From a virus, in the IMG/VR virus record IMGVR_UViG_3300037087_000181, positions 21,257-85,256 of that record: a DNA stretch of 64,000 nucleotides; one strand, given 5' to 3'. Position numbers and translations under genes: made by a program. This document shows positions 19,018-28,193 of this stretch, piece by piece. The stretch's first letter is position 1. The number at the start of each line of letters is the position of its first letter. A model generated the notes under the pieces. It was not told the origin of the DNA. It saw only the letters and a program-made list of their open reading frames with translations, and did not search any database.

Positions 19018-19045
19018 GCATTTCAAGACATTCCTAAAATCTGAC

Positions 19046-19053
19046 TATCTTTG
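19046..19053 (+). promoter_or_regulatory. -7 promoter element TATCTTTG
   Basis: Upstream of the ring-protein genes. Confidence 0.7.
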
Positions 19054-19071
19054 TGAAAATAATCATAGAGC

Positions 19072-19818
19072 ATGATTTATACTTCACAAATCTACGATAC
19101 CTTATTAACGGCAATCCGTAAGGATAAAAGGGGTTTATCCTTTTCGCCTGATGACTTTAACAACATTATAGTACAGGTAAATCAACGCATTTTCAGACTC
19201 AATTATGCGGGATTTGAAAGTTCCAAGTTGTCAATGGACGAGATGGATAGTTTTAAAAAAGTTAATGTTCCGATTAATCTTGATACCAATGGCATAGGAA
19301 TATTACCATCTGATTACTATCACTTAGTCGGCGATCCTTATTATATGCACCCCACATTCGGCAGACGTAGAGTAGACTTAATCACGTCACTTGAACACGG
19401 GCAGAGAGAAATGGACTATCTTACTAAGGCATCTATTACTTATCCTACTACTTTTATGGCTTATGGTGCAACAAGTGAAGACATGTCGTTATATGTTACC
19501 CCAACAACCTGTACCCCCATTTACATAGATTATCTCAGAAAGGTAACTACACCATTTTTGGATTATTATGTTGATACAAATCTTAATATTATTTATATGG
19601 CAGAAGGCGCAACGGTAGCGATACCACTTGGTAGTACATCGAGGAGTGGCGTGTCAGGAATGGCAAATGTCGTTTCACTGACCAAAAACTTTGAGTGGCA
19701 CGAACATGATATTCCTCAAATAATTAACCTATTACTTGGTACTGTGGGAATAGCGTTGCCGGACGAAGGACTTGTGCAAATTGCAGAGGCAGACGAACCG
19801 AAGATAGAACGTGGCTAA
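19072..19818 (+). CDS. tail ring/adaptor protein (crAss-like)
   Basis: Size and synteny; LPSDYYHL and IDYLRK motifs. Confidence 0.6.
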   Translation: MIYTSQIYDTLLTAIRKDKRGLSFSPDDFNNIIVQVNQRIFRLNYAGFESSKLSMDEMDSFKKVNVPINLDTNGIGILPSDYYHLVGDPYYMHPTFGRRRVDLITSLEHGQREMDYLTKASITYPTTFMAYGATSEDMSLYVTPTTCTPIYIDYLRKVTTPFLDYYVDTNLNIIYMAEGATVAIPLGSTSRSGVSGMANVVSLTKNFEWHEHDIPQIINLLLGTVGIALPDEGLVQIAEADEPKIERG

Positions 19819-19820
19819 AT

Positions 19821-20465
19821 ATGATAAAACAGGAAATAAGATCGCTCGTAAGGAATTCACTCCCCAAAATTGACAAAACAAATAGATTTGCAGATCGTTA
19901 CATAGATGCTGTTATAGAGAAGGCTCTTGCCTCACTTTATCATGATGTCTTTTTAACTAATCCATTAAGTCTTCAGAATTATACAAAAGTTTATTATACT
20001 ATAGGATTTGATTATAATACAACAGGAGTTACTTACTGCACACTTCCTGAGAGTATAATCCCCCTTGAGCGGAAAGGGTCAGGTGTCATTAGGGTTTCAG
20101 CGCCAGCACAAGGTCAACTTATATTCTTTCCTACAGATTTTAGGGAGATGGATTTAATTGCTAATGGTAGTTTTTTTAATTCAGTCAACACTAAGGTAGG
20201 CTACGCAGTTAATCAAACACGTATGGAGTTATATAATTTATCTATGTCCATAAAAGGTCTTAGATTGGATTTACTCATTCCATTTAGCAAATATGCAGAG
20301 GATGAAGAGGTAAAAATTCCAGAGATAACGGATGTAATAGGAACAAACTATCGGCAGGTAGCACAAACTTTTATGGATAGGGTAATGGCGATTTTGGGTG
20401 TTGTGGCTCCCGTGGACACAAAGGATGACAACGCTAGTGTAATGACTAACGCTAAAGACAATTAA
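19821..20465 (+). CDS. tail ring/adaptor protein (crAss-like)
   Basis: Size and synteny. Confidence 0.55.
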   Translation: MIKQEIRSLVRNSLPKIDKTNRFADRYIDAVIEKALASLYHDVFLTNPLSLQNYTKVYYTIGFDYNTTGVTYCTLPESIIPLERKGSGVIRVSAPAQGQLIFFPTDFREMDLIANGSFFNSVNTKVGYAVNQTRMELYNLSMSIKGLRLDLLIPFSKYAEDEEVKIPEITDVIGTNYRQVAQTFMDRVMAILGVVAPVDTKDDNASVMTNAKDN

Positions 20466-20467
20466 TT

Positions 20468-21190
20468 ATGACAGATACAAGTGCTCTCATTCCAATTGAA
20501 CAGATAGTAACACGATGGCTCTTTAAATATCGTAAGTCGGTTGATGATTATGGTCTTTACGTGGAACATGCCGCCCAATGTTACCAGGATTTCAATCTTT
20601 ATGATGGTGAAATATTAACCACAGCAAAGGTCACTCTCAATCCAACTTTGAAGTGTATTGAGATGCCAGACGACCTACTTAAGTTCATTAATTTAGTAAC
20701 CCCAATCAAAGGTGGGTATTGGAGTTTCACACAAAATGATAACATTGTCAACACAACAACAACGGTAGGTGGCGTAGAGACAAGGGACGACACACAAGGG
20801 GAAGGTGTTAAAATGGACGTGGACAGGGTTGTGAGTTATGGTGCAAAGGGAGGATATAATAAGTTCAGATGTACTGTTGATATGGCGGCAAGACGAATCT
20901 ACACGGATAACACCTACACCGCCAATGATTATATGGTTCTTTTGTACGTGTCGTCAGGTATCAATGCCACAGGAGAGACCAAAGTTCCCTCATTCCTAAT
21001 ACCTGTTTTTGATGCTTATCTGCTTTGGAAAGAAACAATCATTGAGTTAAACCTCGCAAAGTTACACGACCAAAGATTTGATCAATACTGGAAAGAAAAG
21101 ATGAAGGTCAGAAATCTCATCAATGCTATGTCGAAGGATGAGTGGCTTGACATATTTTATTCACAATTTACACAGGCTCCACAGCGTTAG
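20468..21190 (+). CDS. tail ring/tube protein (crAss-like)
   Basis: MPDDLLKF, VLLYVSSG and DAYLLWK motifs; synteny. Confidence 0.6.
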   Translation: MTDTSALIPIEQIVTRWLFKYRKSVDDYGLYVEHAAQCYQDFNLYDGEILTTAKVTLNPTLKCIEMPDDLLKFINLVTPIKGGYWSFTQNDNIVNTTTTVGGVETRDDTQGEGVKMDVDRVVSYGAKGGYNKFRCTVDMAARRIYTDNTYTANDYMVLLYVSSGINATGETKVPSFLIPVFDAYLLWKETIIELNLAKLHDQRFDQYWKEKMKVRNLINAMSKDEWLDIFYSQFTQAPQR

Positions 21191-21209
21191 AAAAATAATT
21201 GTAAATTTA

Positions 21210-21241
21210 TTTGCATAATTCATTTATCTGGTTTATCTTTG
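21210..21241 (+). promoter_or_regulatory. sigma-A promoter (TTTG, 20 nt, TATCTTTG)
   Basis: Nearly identical to the promoter at 39266-39297. Confidence 0.8.
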
Positions 21242-21277
21242 GTTCGTAATTAATTATGAATTTTAAAAACAAGAGAA

Positions 21278-21793
21278 ATGAAAAAGACATTCTTTATTAT
21301 TCTGACAATTATTGTGGTTTTTATATCCACAAGTACGTCAAGTTGTGACGACAAAAGCAGCAATACTGTTTTAGCACAGAAACAGGAAGCAATTATGCAG
21401 GAAGCCAACAGACAGGTTGGTATGCCTAATATCGTAAATTTTACACAAAGGAAACAGTTAAAAATGATTCAAGAACTTTGTGATCAGGAAAATCTCATTT
21501 GCTATGCTTATATTGTACCTGAATTAACAGGGAAACCTGTTTTTCTTGGCAAATGTATAGGATTTGGAATACCATTTTCTACTCAATACACAAATCCCGA
21601 AGCATACGTTCGTGTTTATTCTGGGAATTATGTTACACTACCACAAGCCGATCCTAATGGTTTATTCATGCCAGCAAGTGCAGAAGGAACATGGCTTATG
21701 TTAATTGACCCAAAAACAAATGAACCACATCCTGTATATATTGAACCAAGGGTTTTAGTATCTCCGTTTCCATTACCAACCGCAGTAAATTAA
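21278..21793 (+). CDS. putative lipoprotein (conserved phage family)
   Basis: MKK + hydrophobic + SSC lipobox; QADPNGLF..SAEGTW motif. Confidence 0.7.
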   Translation: MKKTFFIILTIIVVFISTSTSSCDDKSSNTVLAQKQEAIMQEANRQVGMPNIVNFTQRKQLKMIQELCDQENLICYAYIVPELTGKPVFLGKCIGFGIPFSTQYTNPEAYVRVYSGNYVTLPQADPNGLFMPASAEGTWLMLIDPKTNEPHPVYIEPRVLVSPFPLPTAVN

Positions 21794-21798
21794 ACAAC

Positions 21799-22131
21799 AT
21801 GAAGACAAGTAAAATAGTTTTATTATCAGTTGCCGGATTTGTTTTTCTTTTACTCCTTGGTTTAGGGTTGGGATATTATGGAGTATTTGCCACAAAAACA
21901 GTAGGCAAGGCACAGCAGAACGCCAACAGGGAGGTCTTTGAACAGACACAGAGTTATGTTGAAGGGAAAAGGCAAGAACTACAAAAGGATTATCACGAAT
22001 GGTTGAATACGAAACCAGAAGATAAGGTGGCAATTGAAGGAATTATAAGATCAAGTTTCGCAAGTTTTGATGAAGATAAATATTTAACTGGCGATTTATA
22101 TAACTTCCTTCATAAAATAAAAAATAAATAA
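21799..22131 (+). CDS. single-TM membrane protein
   Basis: N-terminal TM; REVFEQTQSYVEG motif. Confidence 0.7.
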   Translation: MKTSKIVLLSVAGFVFLLLLGLGLGYYGVFATKTVGKAQQNANREVFEQTQSYVEGKRQELQKDYHEWLNTKPEDKVAIEGIIRSSFASFDEDKYLTGDLYNFLHKIKNK

Positions 22132-22156
22132 TTACTAAACCTTATGTATCAATGAG

Positions 22157-22188
22157 AGGGGACGGTCAAAAACGACTGTCCCTTTTTC
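22157..22188 (+). terminator. Rho-independent terminator
   Basis: GGGACGGTC...GACTGTCCC followed by a T run. Confidence 0.85.
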
Positions 22189-22192
22189 TTGC

Positions 22193-22200
22193 TATCTTTG
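22193..22200 (+). promoter_or_regulatory. -7 promoter element TATCTTTG
   Basis: Upstream of ATG 22219. Confidence 0.65.
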
Positions 22201-22218
22201 CAGAAGAATAAGATAATC

Positions 22219-22890
22219 ATGTGTGATATTCCAACAAAAGTTTGTTCTAAGTGTAAAATAGAGAAGCCTATTGATTGTTTTCATAAGAAAACAGCCAACA
22301 GGGACGGGCATAAGGCGGAATGTAAGGAGTGTATTGCAAAAGACGCCACTGTTTTTTATAAAAAAAACAAAGAAAGGGTTAATAAGGTTAAGAAAATATA
22401 TTATAACGCTCATAAGGAACAGTATTTTAAATATGGGAAAAAAGAAGGAAAGGTTGAGTATCAAAGGGATTATCGTAAAAGACATAAAGAATCATTAAAG
22501 GAATATAGTAGGGAGTATCGTAATAAAAATCGGATTCCCTTGAATGCAAAAAGACTTGCCAAGAAAAAAACAAATATTAATTTTATGCTGGCATGTACGC
22601 TCCGAAATGAGATATACAATGCTGTTAAAAAAAGCAAAAAGATATATAAGATGAAGGAGGTTCTTGGTTGTTCTCTTGATTTCTTAAAACAACACATTGA
22701 ATCTCAGTTCACAGAGGGTATGACATGGGAAAACCACGGAAGGTTTGGCTGGCATATTGATCATGTTCTTCCATGTAAGTCGTTTGACTTATCTGACTCA
22801 GAACAGCAGAAAAGGTGTTTCAATTGGAGTAATTTACAACCGCTTTGGTGGTATGACAATATATCTAAAGGTGCAAAGATAGTCGCATGA
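22219..22890 (+). CDS. HNH-type homing endonuclease, paralog of 16019-16759
   Basis: KVCSKC...DGHKAECKEC; GMTWENHG..GWHIDH..P...NLQPLW..DNISKG. Confidence 0.85.
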   Translation: MCDIPTKVCSKCKIEKPIDCFHKKTANRDGHKAECKECIAKDATVFYKKNKERVNKVKKIYYNAHKEQYFKYGKKEGKVEYQRDYRKRHKESLKEYSREYRNKNRIPLNAKRLAKKKTNINFMLACTLRNEIYNAVKKSKKIYKMKEVLGCSLDFLKQHIESQFTEGMTWENHGRFGWHIDHVLPCKSFDLSDSEQQKRCFNWSNLQPLWWYDNISKGAKIVA

Positions 22891-25800
22891 GCAACGTAAC
22901 GCAGGAAATTTTATTCAATGGGAGTGGCTTAAATACCGATGATAATCAGAACTTTATCGCCAACGGGGATTCCCCTTGGAGGTTGAATGTGATGGTTTCA
23001 GGAAACGAGGCGGCTGGTATTTTGACGAATATTTTAGGTAATAGTTTGTCTGTGGATATAACTGACCACAAACTTAGTCTATCACACACCTATACAACTA
23101 TTGGAAGTTATTATAATCGGCTAACCCGTAAGGTTTATTATTTTGTATGGTCAACTCCTTATGATAGTGGGGGTGGGGTGTATATTTATGATAATAGACT
23201 TTTTGAGTTTGATGAAGACAAGAAGACCCTTGAATTAATTTTTTTAGATTCTCATAATTATTTTGGTTTGTCCTTAAGTACACCTTTTAAGGATTCTTCG
23301 ATGCTCGGTGATTGGCTATATTTCAACCCAAGAGTATCAGAACCAAAGATGATTGATGTGGTTCGTGCCTTCAATTACACAAACTACGTTACATATTCTA
23401 CGTCATCAATATATGTCTTCGGAGACAAGGTTACATTCTATGGTGGGTTATTTGTAGCTTTAGCGGGCGTATCAACAGGACAGACACCGATAACTCATCC
23501 TGAAAAATGGAACAGGATAGGAGATTCTTATCGAGATAAGTCAGACTTAGTTTTTGACAGTGAGTTTGACTACGCTTTCAATGTACTTAAGATGCCACCT
23601 GTTATAAGACCAAAGGTGTCTTACGGTAATGATACACACATTCAGGTAAATAATGTAAGAGGAAAATTATTCAGATTTTCTTATAGGTATAAATACTTCG
23701 ACAATACATATTCTAAATATTCTGCATTTTCAGACATCACACTACCTGAGGAAAGTGAAATTTATAATGGAGAGGTACTCAATAGCACCGTTACTAATAA
23801 TTACATTAAGATTTCTATCAACGCTCATTCCCCCGCATTGGTTAAGGAGATAGAGATCGTTGCGCAAGAAACTACTGGTGACTGGAAAAGGGTTAAGATA
23901 ATAAATAGACAAGAACAGGCAGAACTCACTACCTTTGACATGTCTTTTAACTTCTATAATAATGAAAGTTATTTAACAGTAACAAACATAGAAGTAGCCA
24001 CGGTAAGTGATTATGTTCCACAGAGAGCAAACTCTATGGAGATAATAAATAAAAACATTCTGACCTATGGTGGGTGCTTAGAAGGGTTTGATAACATACC
24101 GAAAGATGAGATAAGGGTTGGACTGACACCCGTGTTGCAAAGTATATACTCACCCCCTATAATAGGTGCTACGAGAAGGAATAATATACCTTGGGATATT
24201 ACTGATGTTGTTGTTCTTTATGATGGCAATCCAATAGAATACGGGAAAGGAATTGATATAGGCTCTTGGTGGCCCGGAACGGTTGTGGCAGGAGATGTTT
24301 ATGTTGTCACTATTGATGGAAAGACAAACATCTATACAGTAACCGCAAATGATGTAGCACATACGAACGTTGCTATGGCTAGTCTGATAGCCTTTTTAAG
24401 TGATAATTATAGTACCTATGGCATAAGGATTCAATCCGACCCTAATTTAATAGACATATTGTCTCTCTATGGTAATCCGATAGTGGCAGACATCACACAG
24501 TCATTGTTTTGTGTAAATGGTGGTGCGAGTAATCTACTCACAAAGAAAAGTGGATTTAAGACAGGAGCTAACCACCCGTTCTGTATCTTCTATTATGACG
24601 ATAACCTACGCAGGTGGGATGCACAAGTCTCGAAAGAAAATGTACATATCTTCGGTTTAGAGATGCACGGGACAACTGTATATGTTCCCATGCTTAATGA
24701 GGTAAGCCCTCCTCCTGATGACACCTCATATAAATGGACTATTGATTGGGAAGTTTATCATCAACCCCCAGTAGGCGCAAGATATTGGAGATGGGGTTAT
24801 GCCGGGAATAGCCTATGTTCAAAAATGGTTCAGTACATAGTATCTGATGTTACCGATGGTGATCCCGCCACGGATGGAGCCAACCTATGTAAGGTAAATA
24901 TTACTCCGCTGCAAACGCTTAAGAGTACAATAACGGCAGATTGGAATCAGTACCCTAATTCAATCATTGATACCTATACATGGAAGACGGGAGATAGGAT
25001 ACGTTTTATAACCAAAAAGGTTGTCTCTGCGGGGTCAGCAGTACTTGGGGATATTATTGATGGTGTTTATGAATATGAAATATTAAAGCAATCTGGTGAT
25101 GATTCTGAATTTATATTTATTCAGGGATTAATTGCATCAAATGGTATAACGGCAGCCGATATAGGAGAAAATTCATTAGCAGAGATATATTCCCCTCTTG
25201 CGACTATTAGTGAGACACAGACGGTATATTATGAGTTTGGCGATATGATGCCTATTCGTGAAGATTCGGCAGGAGTAATGGTACATTATGGGCAGAACGG
25301 CATTCATAACCAAGATACAGTACTTTCTCATACTGCAATGGGTAGTTTTGATAGTGGAGATGTCTATCATATAATGAGGACACCATCAAAGCCTATTGAT
25401 ACTGACAACCCACTCGTGGGGTTCTTTCATGAGTCACAATGGTATTCAGATTTTTATGAAAGTACCGATTTTAATAAAGGGAAAATAGGCTTTGAAACTA
25501 ATTTTGGGCAGAGATTTCTAAATATAGTCAGATACTCACGACCCTACTTTCAGAACACAGAGATTAATGGGCTATCTACTTTTGAGGAAGACGATGCTAA
25601 TAACTGGCCGGGTTATAAAGAATATAACGACATCTTTGGGGATATTGTGGCTATTTATGAGTTTGGGGACACGCTAAAGGTTTATCAGGAAAGAAAACCA
25701 TCATCGACACTTGTCGGGAGGCAGGAATGGCTCGGTGCAAATGGAGAACCAACAGTAGCCGTTAGTGACGTTGTGCTCGGAGCAATAAGATATGATAAAT

Positions 25801-27767
25801 CTAATTATTCGACTATATTTCCCGAATCATTATCAAGAAATAATAACTTCATATATGGGTTTGATATTTATAATGGTGCAGCATGGAGGGACGGGAATAA
25901 TGGTATATTTCCTATAAGTGGTCGTTATACTACGGAAGATAATAATAACGATTACAAGATGCAGACCTATTTCAAACTAAAGGCAAAGGCACTTATGGAA
26001 TCTGGCATAAGTCATGTTAGCGTGCTTACTGTTTGGGATGAAGAATATAAGTTACTTTATGTTATTTTTAAAGATTCAGTTATCCAAGATAATAATGAAA
26101 CGATAGTTTTTCACGAACCGAGTAATAGGTGGATCACTTTCACGGAATTTGACCAAACATCCATCAATGGTTTCAACACACCCCTTGAATTTTTTAAAGA
26201 GTGTTATATAATAGTTAAGGGATTTGAAAATGGGATAGGGTTTTCTTTCGATTATGATACAAGATTTGCTCATTTTAATCTCGGAGGAGGACTTGGTACT
26301 ACGGCACTTACGCTCGTTAACCCGGAAATGTTACCTATTGAGATAACAATGCCTACTCCACAAATAAGTTCTTCCCCTTTATTATCTACGATGCCTCTTA
26401 ACATAGTATTAACACTTCCATTACCAGATATTGGAGTTTCGTGGGTTCATAATAGTAATCCAGTCATGATATTTGCTGCCGAAGACCACACATCGGATAT
26501 AGCACAGATCACTTATATGGATATTATAGGAAATGTTCGTGTATTCATTGGCGAAATTCCCAATTGGATTACCGTGTGGAACTATTCTGGGAGATATGCT
26601 TTCAGTGCGGGTGATGATATTTTTGAGGGAGAGGATATAAGTATTTTCCCCAATAGTGTCAATACATCTTTTCAACGCACGGTATCGGTTATTTTTGCCG
26701 ATTTATTGGGTAATATAAGCACAGTTTCAGTAACGCAGGAAGCATCGGTTATTGAACCCTTAGTCGTTATTTCTAAGAATCCACTCGACACCACAGACTT
26801 TTTGATATATCCTAATATAACTTCAGGGTCATGTTATGTCGGGGATAATACTGTTTCGATTACATTTTCAGTACATAAATCATCTCTTGGAACGGGGATG
26901 CCGCTGATTGTTTATTATGTTATAACAAGAGATGGTGTTTATGATGAACAAGGTGAGTTATCTGCGAGGGACGGGATACAAACAGCTAAAATTATTTCTT
27001 TAAGCAGTAATGCTATTGCCAGTGAGGTAATAATAGTTTACTTAAGTGGTATTCCGGTAGGTTCTCCAACGGGGATTATGGATGTTAATATAAGTGCGGG
27101 TATATTGCCATTGGTTATTACACTACCAACCCCTATTGTTAGCGTATCATGGATTACGGTTAGTAATGACACCATGAATTGGACGGCATTACAGTATGGT
27201 TCGTCCCAAAAAAGAATTTCTATTGTTTCTGTAGTCGGAACATGGGCAACATTACAGTCATTTCCATCATGGATTACTATTGTCGAAAATAGTGAGGGAA
27301 GTATTATCGAAATAGGTGATACAATATCTGATGGAGAAACAATAGCATTATATCCAAAGAATATAAATACCCTCCCAACGATAATATCAGGTTTTGTTAG
27401 CATTATTGATAATATTGGAAATATAAGTACAATACAGGTTACACAACAGGCGTCCTTAGTTAATCCAGATGTAAGGGTATGGATGAATCCATCGGATACA
27501 TCAGGAATCACATTATCTGGTGCATTTGGGACGGCTGCAATCGGGAGTAAGAATATAAATATTACCTTTACGCCTAATGATCCGTATGTAGGTAATGGAG
27601 GGGTATTAAATTTGGAATATCAAATATGGAAGAATACCATACAGGTAGGTGGTGGAAATTTAATGAATCTTTCAAACAAGAAAGTTAACACAAAACTATT
27701 AACAATGTCATCTATAGCAAACGCAGGGGATATAATCACAGTATATTTAAACGAATCAAATTTATAA
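22887..27767 (+). CDS. tail stabilisation/muzzle protein with C-terminal Ig/BACON-like repeats
   Basis: GLNTDD N-terminus; FRFSYRYKYFDNTYSKYS and INGLSTF motifs; duplicated C-terminal ~230-aa unit with PSWIT/PNWIT and VTQEA/VTQQA. Confidence 0.75.
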   Translation: MSNVTQEILFNGSGLNTDDNQNFIANGDSPWRLNVMVSGNEAAGILTNILGNSLSVDITDHKLSLSHTYTTIGSYYNRLTRKVYYFVWSTPYDSGGGVYIYDNRLFEFDEDKKTLELIFLDSHNYFGLSLSTPFKDSSMLGDWLYFNPRVSEPKMIDVVRAFNYTNYVTYSTSSIYVFGDKVTFYGGLFVALAGVSTGQTPITHPEKWNRIGDSYRDKSDLVFDSEFDYAFNVLKMPPVIRPKVSYGNDTHIQVNNVRGKLFRFSYRYKYFDNTYSKYSAFSDITLPEESEIYNGEVLNSTVTNNYIKISINAHSPALVKEIEIVAQETTGDWKRVKIINRQEQAELTTFDMSFNFYNNESYLTVTNIEVATVSDYVPQRANSMEIINKNILTYGGCLEGFDNIPKDEIRVGLTPVLQSIYSPPIIGATRRNNIPWDITDVVVLYDGNPIEYGKGIDIGSWWPGTVVAGDVYVVTIDGKTNIYTVTANDVAHTNVAMASLIAFLSDNYSTYGIRIQSDPNLIDILSLYGNPIVADITQSLFCVNGGASNLLTKKSGFKTGANHPFCIFYYDDNLRRWDAQVSKENVHIFGLEMHGTTVYVPMLNEVSPPPDDTSYKWTIDWEVYHQPPVGARYWRWGYAGNSLCSKMVQYIVSDVTDGDPATDGANLCKVNITPLQTLKSTITADWNQYPNSIIDTYTWKTGDRIRFITKKVVSAGSAVLGDIIDGVYEYEILKQSGDDSEFIFIQGLIASNGITAADIGENSLAEIYSPLATISETQTVYYEFGDMMPIREDSAGVMVHYGQNGIHNQDTVLSHTAMGSFDSGDVYHIMRTPSKPIDTDNPLVGFFHESQWYSDFYESTDFNKGKIGFETNFGQRFLNIVRYSRPYFQNTEINGLSTFEEDDANNWPGYKEYNDIFGDIVAIYEFGDTLKVYQERKPSSTLVGRQEWLGANGEPTVAVSDVVLGAIRYDKSNYSTIFPESLSRNNNFIYGFDIYNGAAWRDGNNGIFPISGRYTTEDNNNDYKMQTYFKLKAKALMESGISHVSVLTVWDEEYKLLYVIFKDSVIQDNNETIVFHEPSNRWITFTEFDQTSINGFNTPLEFFKECYIIVKGFENGIGFSFDYDTRFAHFNLGGGLGTTALTLVNPEMLPIEITMPTPQISSSPLLSTMPLNIVLTLPLPDIGVSWVHNSNPVMIFAAEDHTSDIAQITYMDIIGNVRVFIGEIPNWITVWNYSGRYAFSAGDDIFEGEDISIFPNSVNTSFQRTVSVIFADLLGNISTVSVTQEASVIEPLVVISKNPLDTTDFLIYPNITSGSCYVGDNTVSITFSVHKSSLGTGMPLIVYYVITRDGVYDEQGELSARDGIQTAKIISLSSNAIASEVIIVYLSGIPVGSPTGIMDVNISAGILPLVITLPTPIVSVSWITVSNDTMNWTALQYGSSQKRISIVSVVGTWATLQSFPSWITIVENSEGSIIEIGDTISDGETIALYPKNINTLPTIISGFVSIIDNIGNISTIQVTQQASLVNPDVRVWMNPSDTSGITLSGAFGTAAIGSKNINITFTPNDPYVGNGGVLNLEYQIWKNTIQVGGGNLMNLSNKKVNTKLLTMSSIANAGDIITVYLNESNL

Positions 27768-27771
27768 TAAA

Positions 27772-28188
27772 ATGGCAAGTTCAATTCCAAGAGAGAGAAG
27801 AAAAGATTATGCGGTAGCAATGGCAGCTAAAAATTTGAAGATAGCTTTCTTCACAGAGATGGCAGCTTATGATCCATTAACGGCAACGACATATACAGCG
27901 CTTGCCGCTATTTGTACAGAGGTTTCCAGTTCGGGTACTGGCTATACTACGGGTGGTTACGCACTCACTGGTAAGACATCAGCATACTTATCCACTAATG
28001 GGGCGATAATGACGGCATATCTATTAAGTGTTTCTAATGCCACATTTTCAGTGCAATATGGGGTTATTTATGATTCAGCAACAGATAAGATTGAGGGCGT
28101 GCAAGATTGGTACACAACTTATGTTGTAACGAATGGAACGATAACTATTACTTTCGACAATTCAAATGGGGTATTTAATATTCAATAG
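27772..28188 (+). CDS. small tail/baseplate-type structural protein
   Basis: EVSSSGTGYTTGG, GVIYD and GTITI.F..GVF pattern. Confidence 0.55.
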   Translation: MASSIPRERRKDYAVAMAAKNLKIAFFTEMAAYDPLTATTYTALAAICTEVSSSGTGYTTGGYALTGKTSAYLSTNGAIMTAYLLSVSNATFSVQYGVIYDSATDKIEGVQDWYTTYVVTNGTITITFDNSNGVFNIQ

Positions 28189-28193
28189 GTTTA

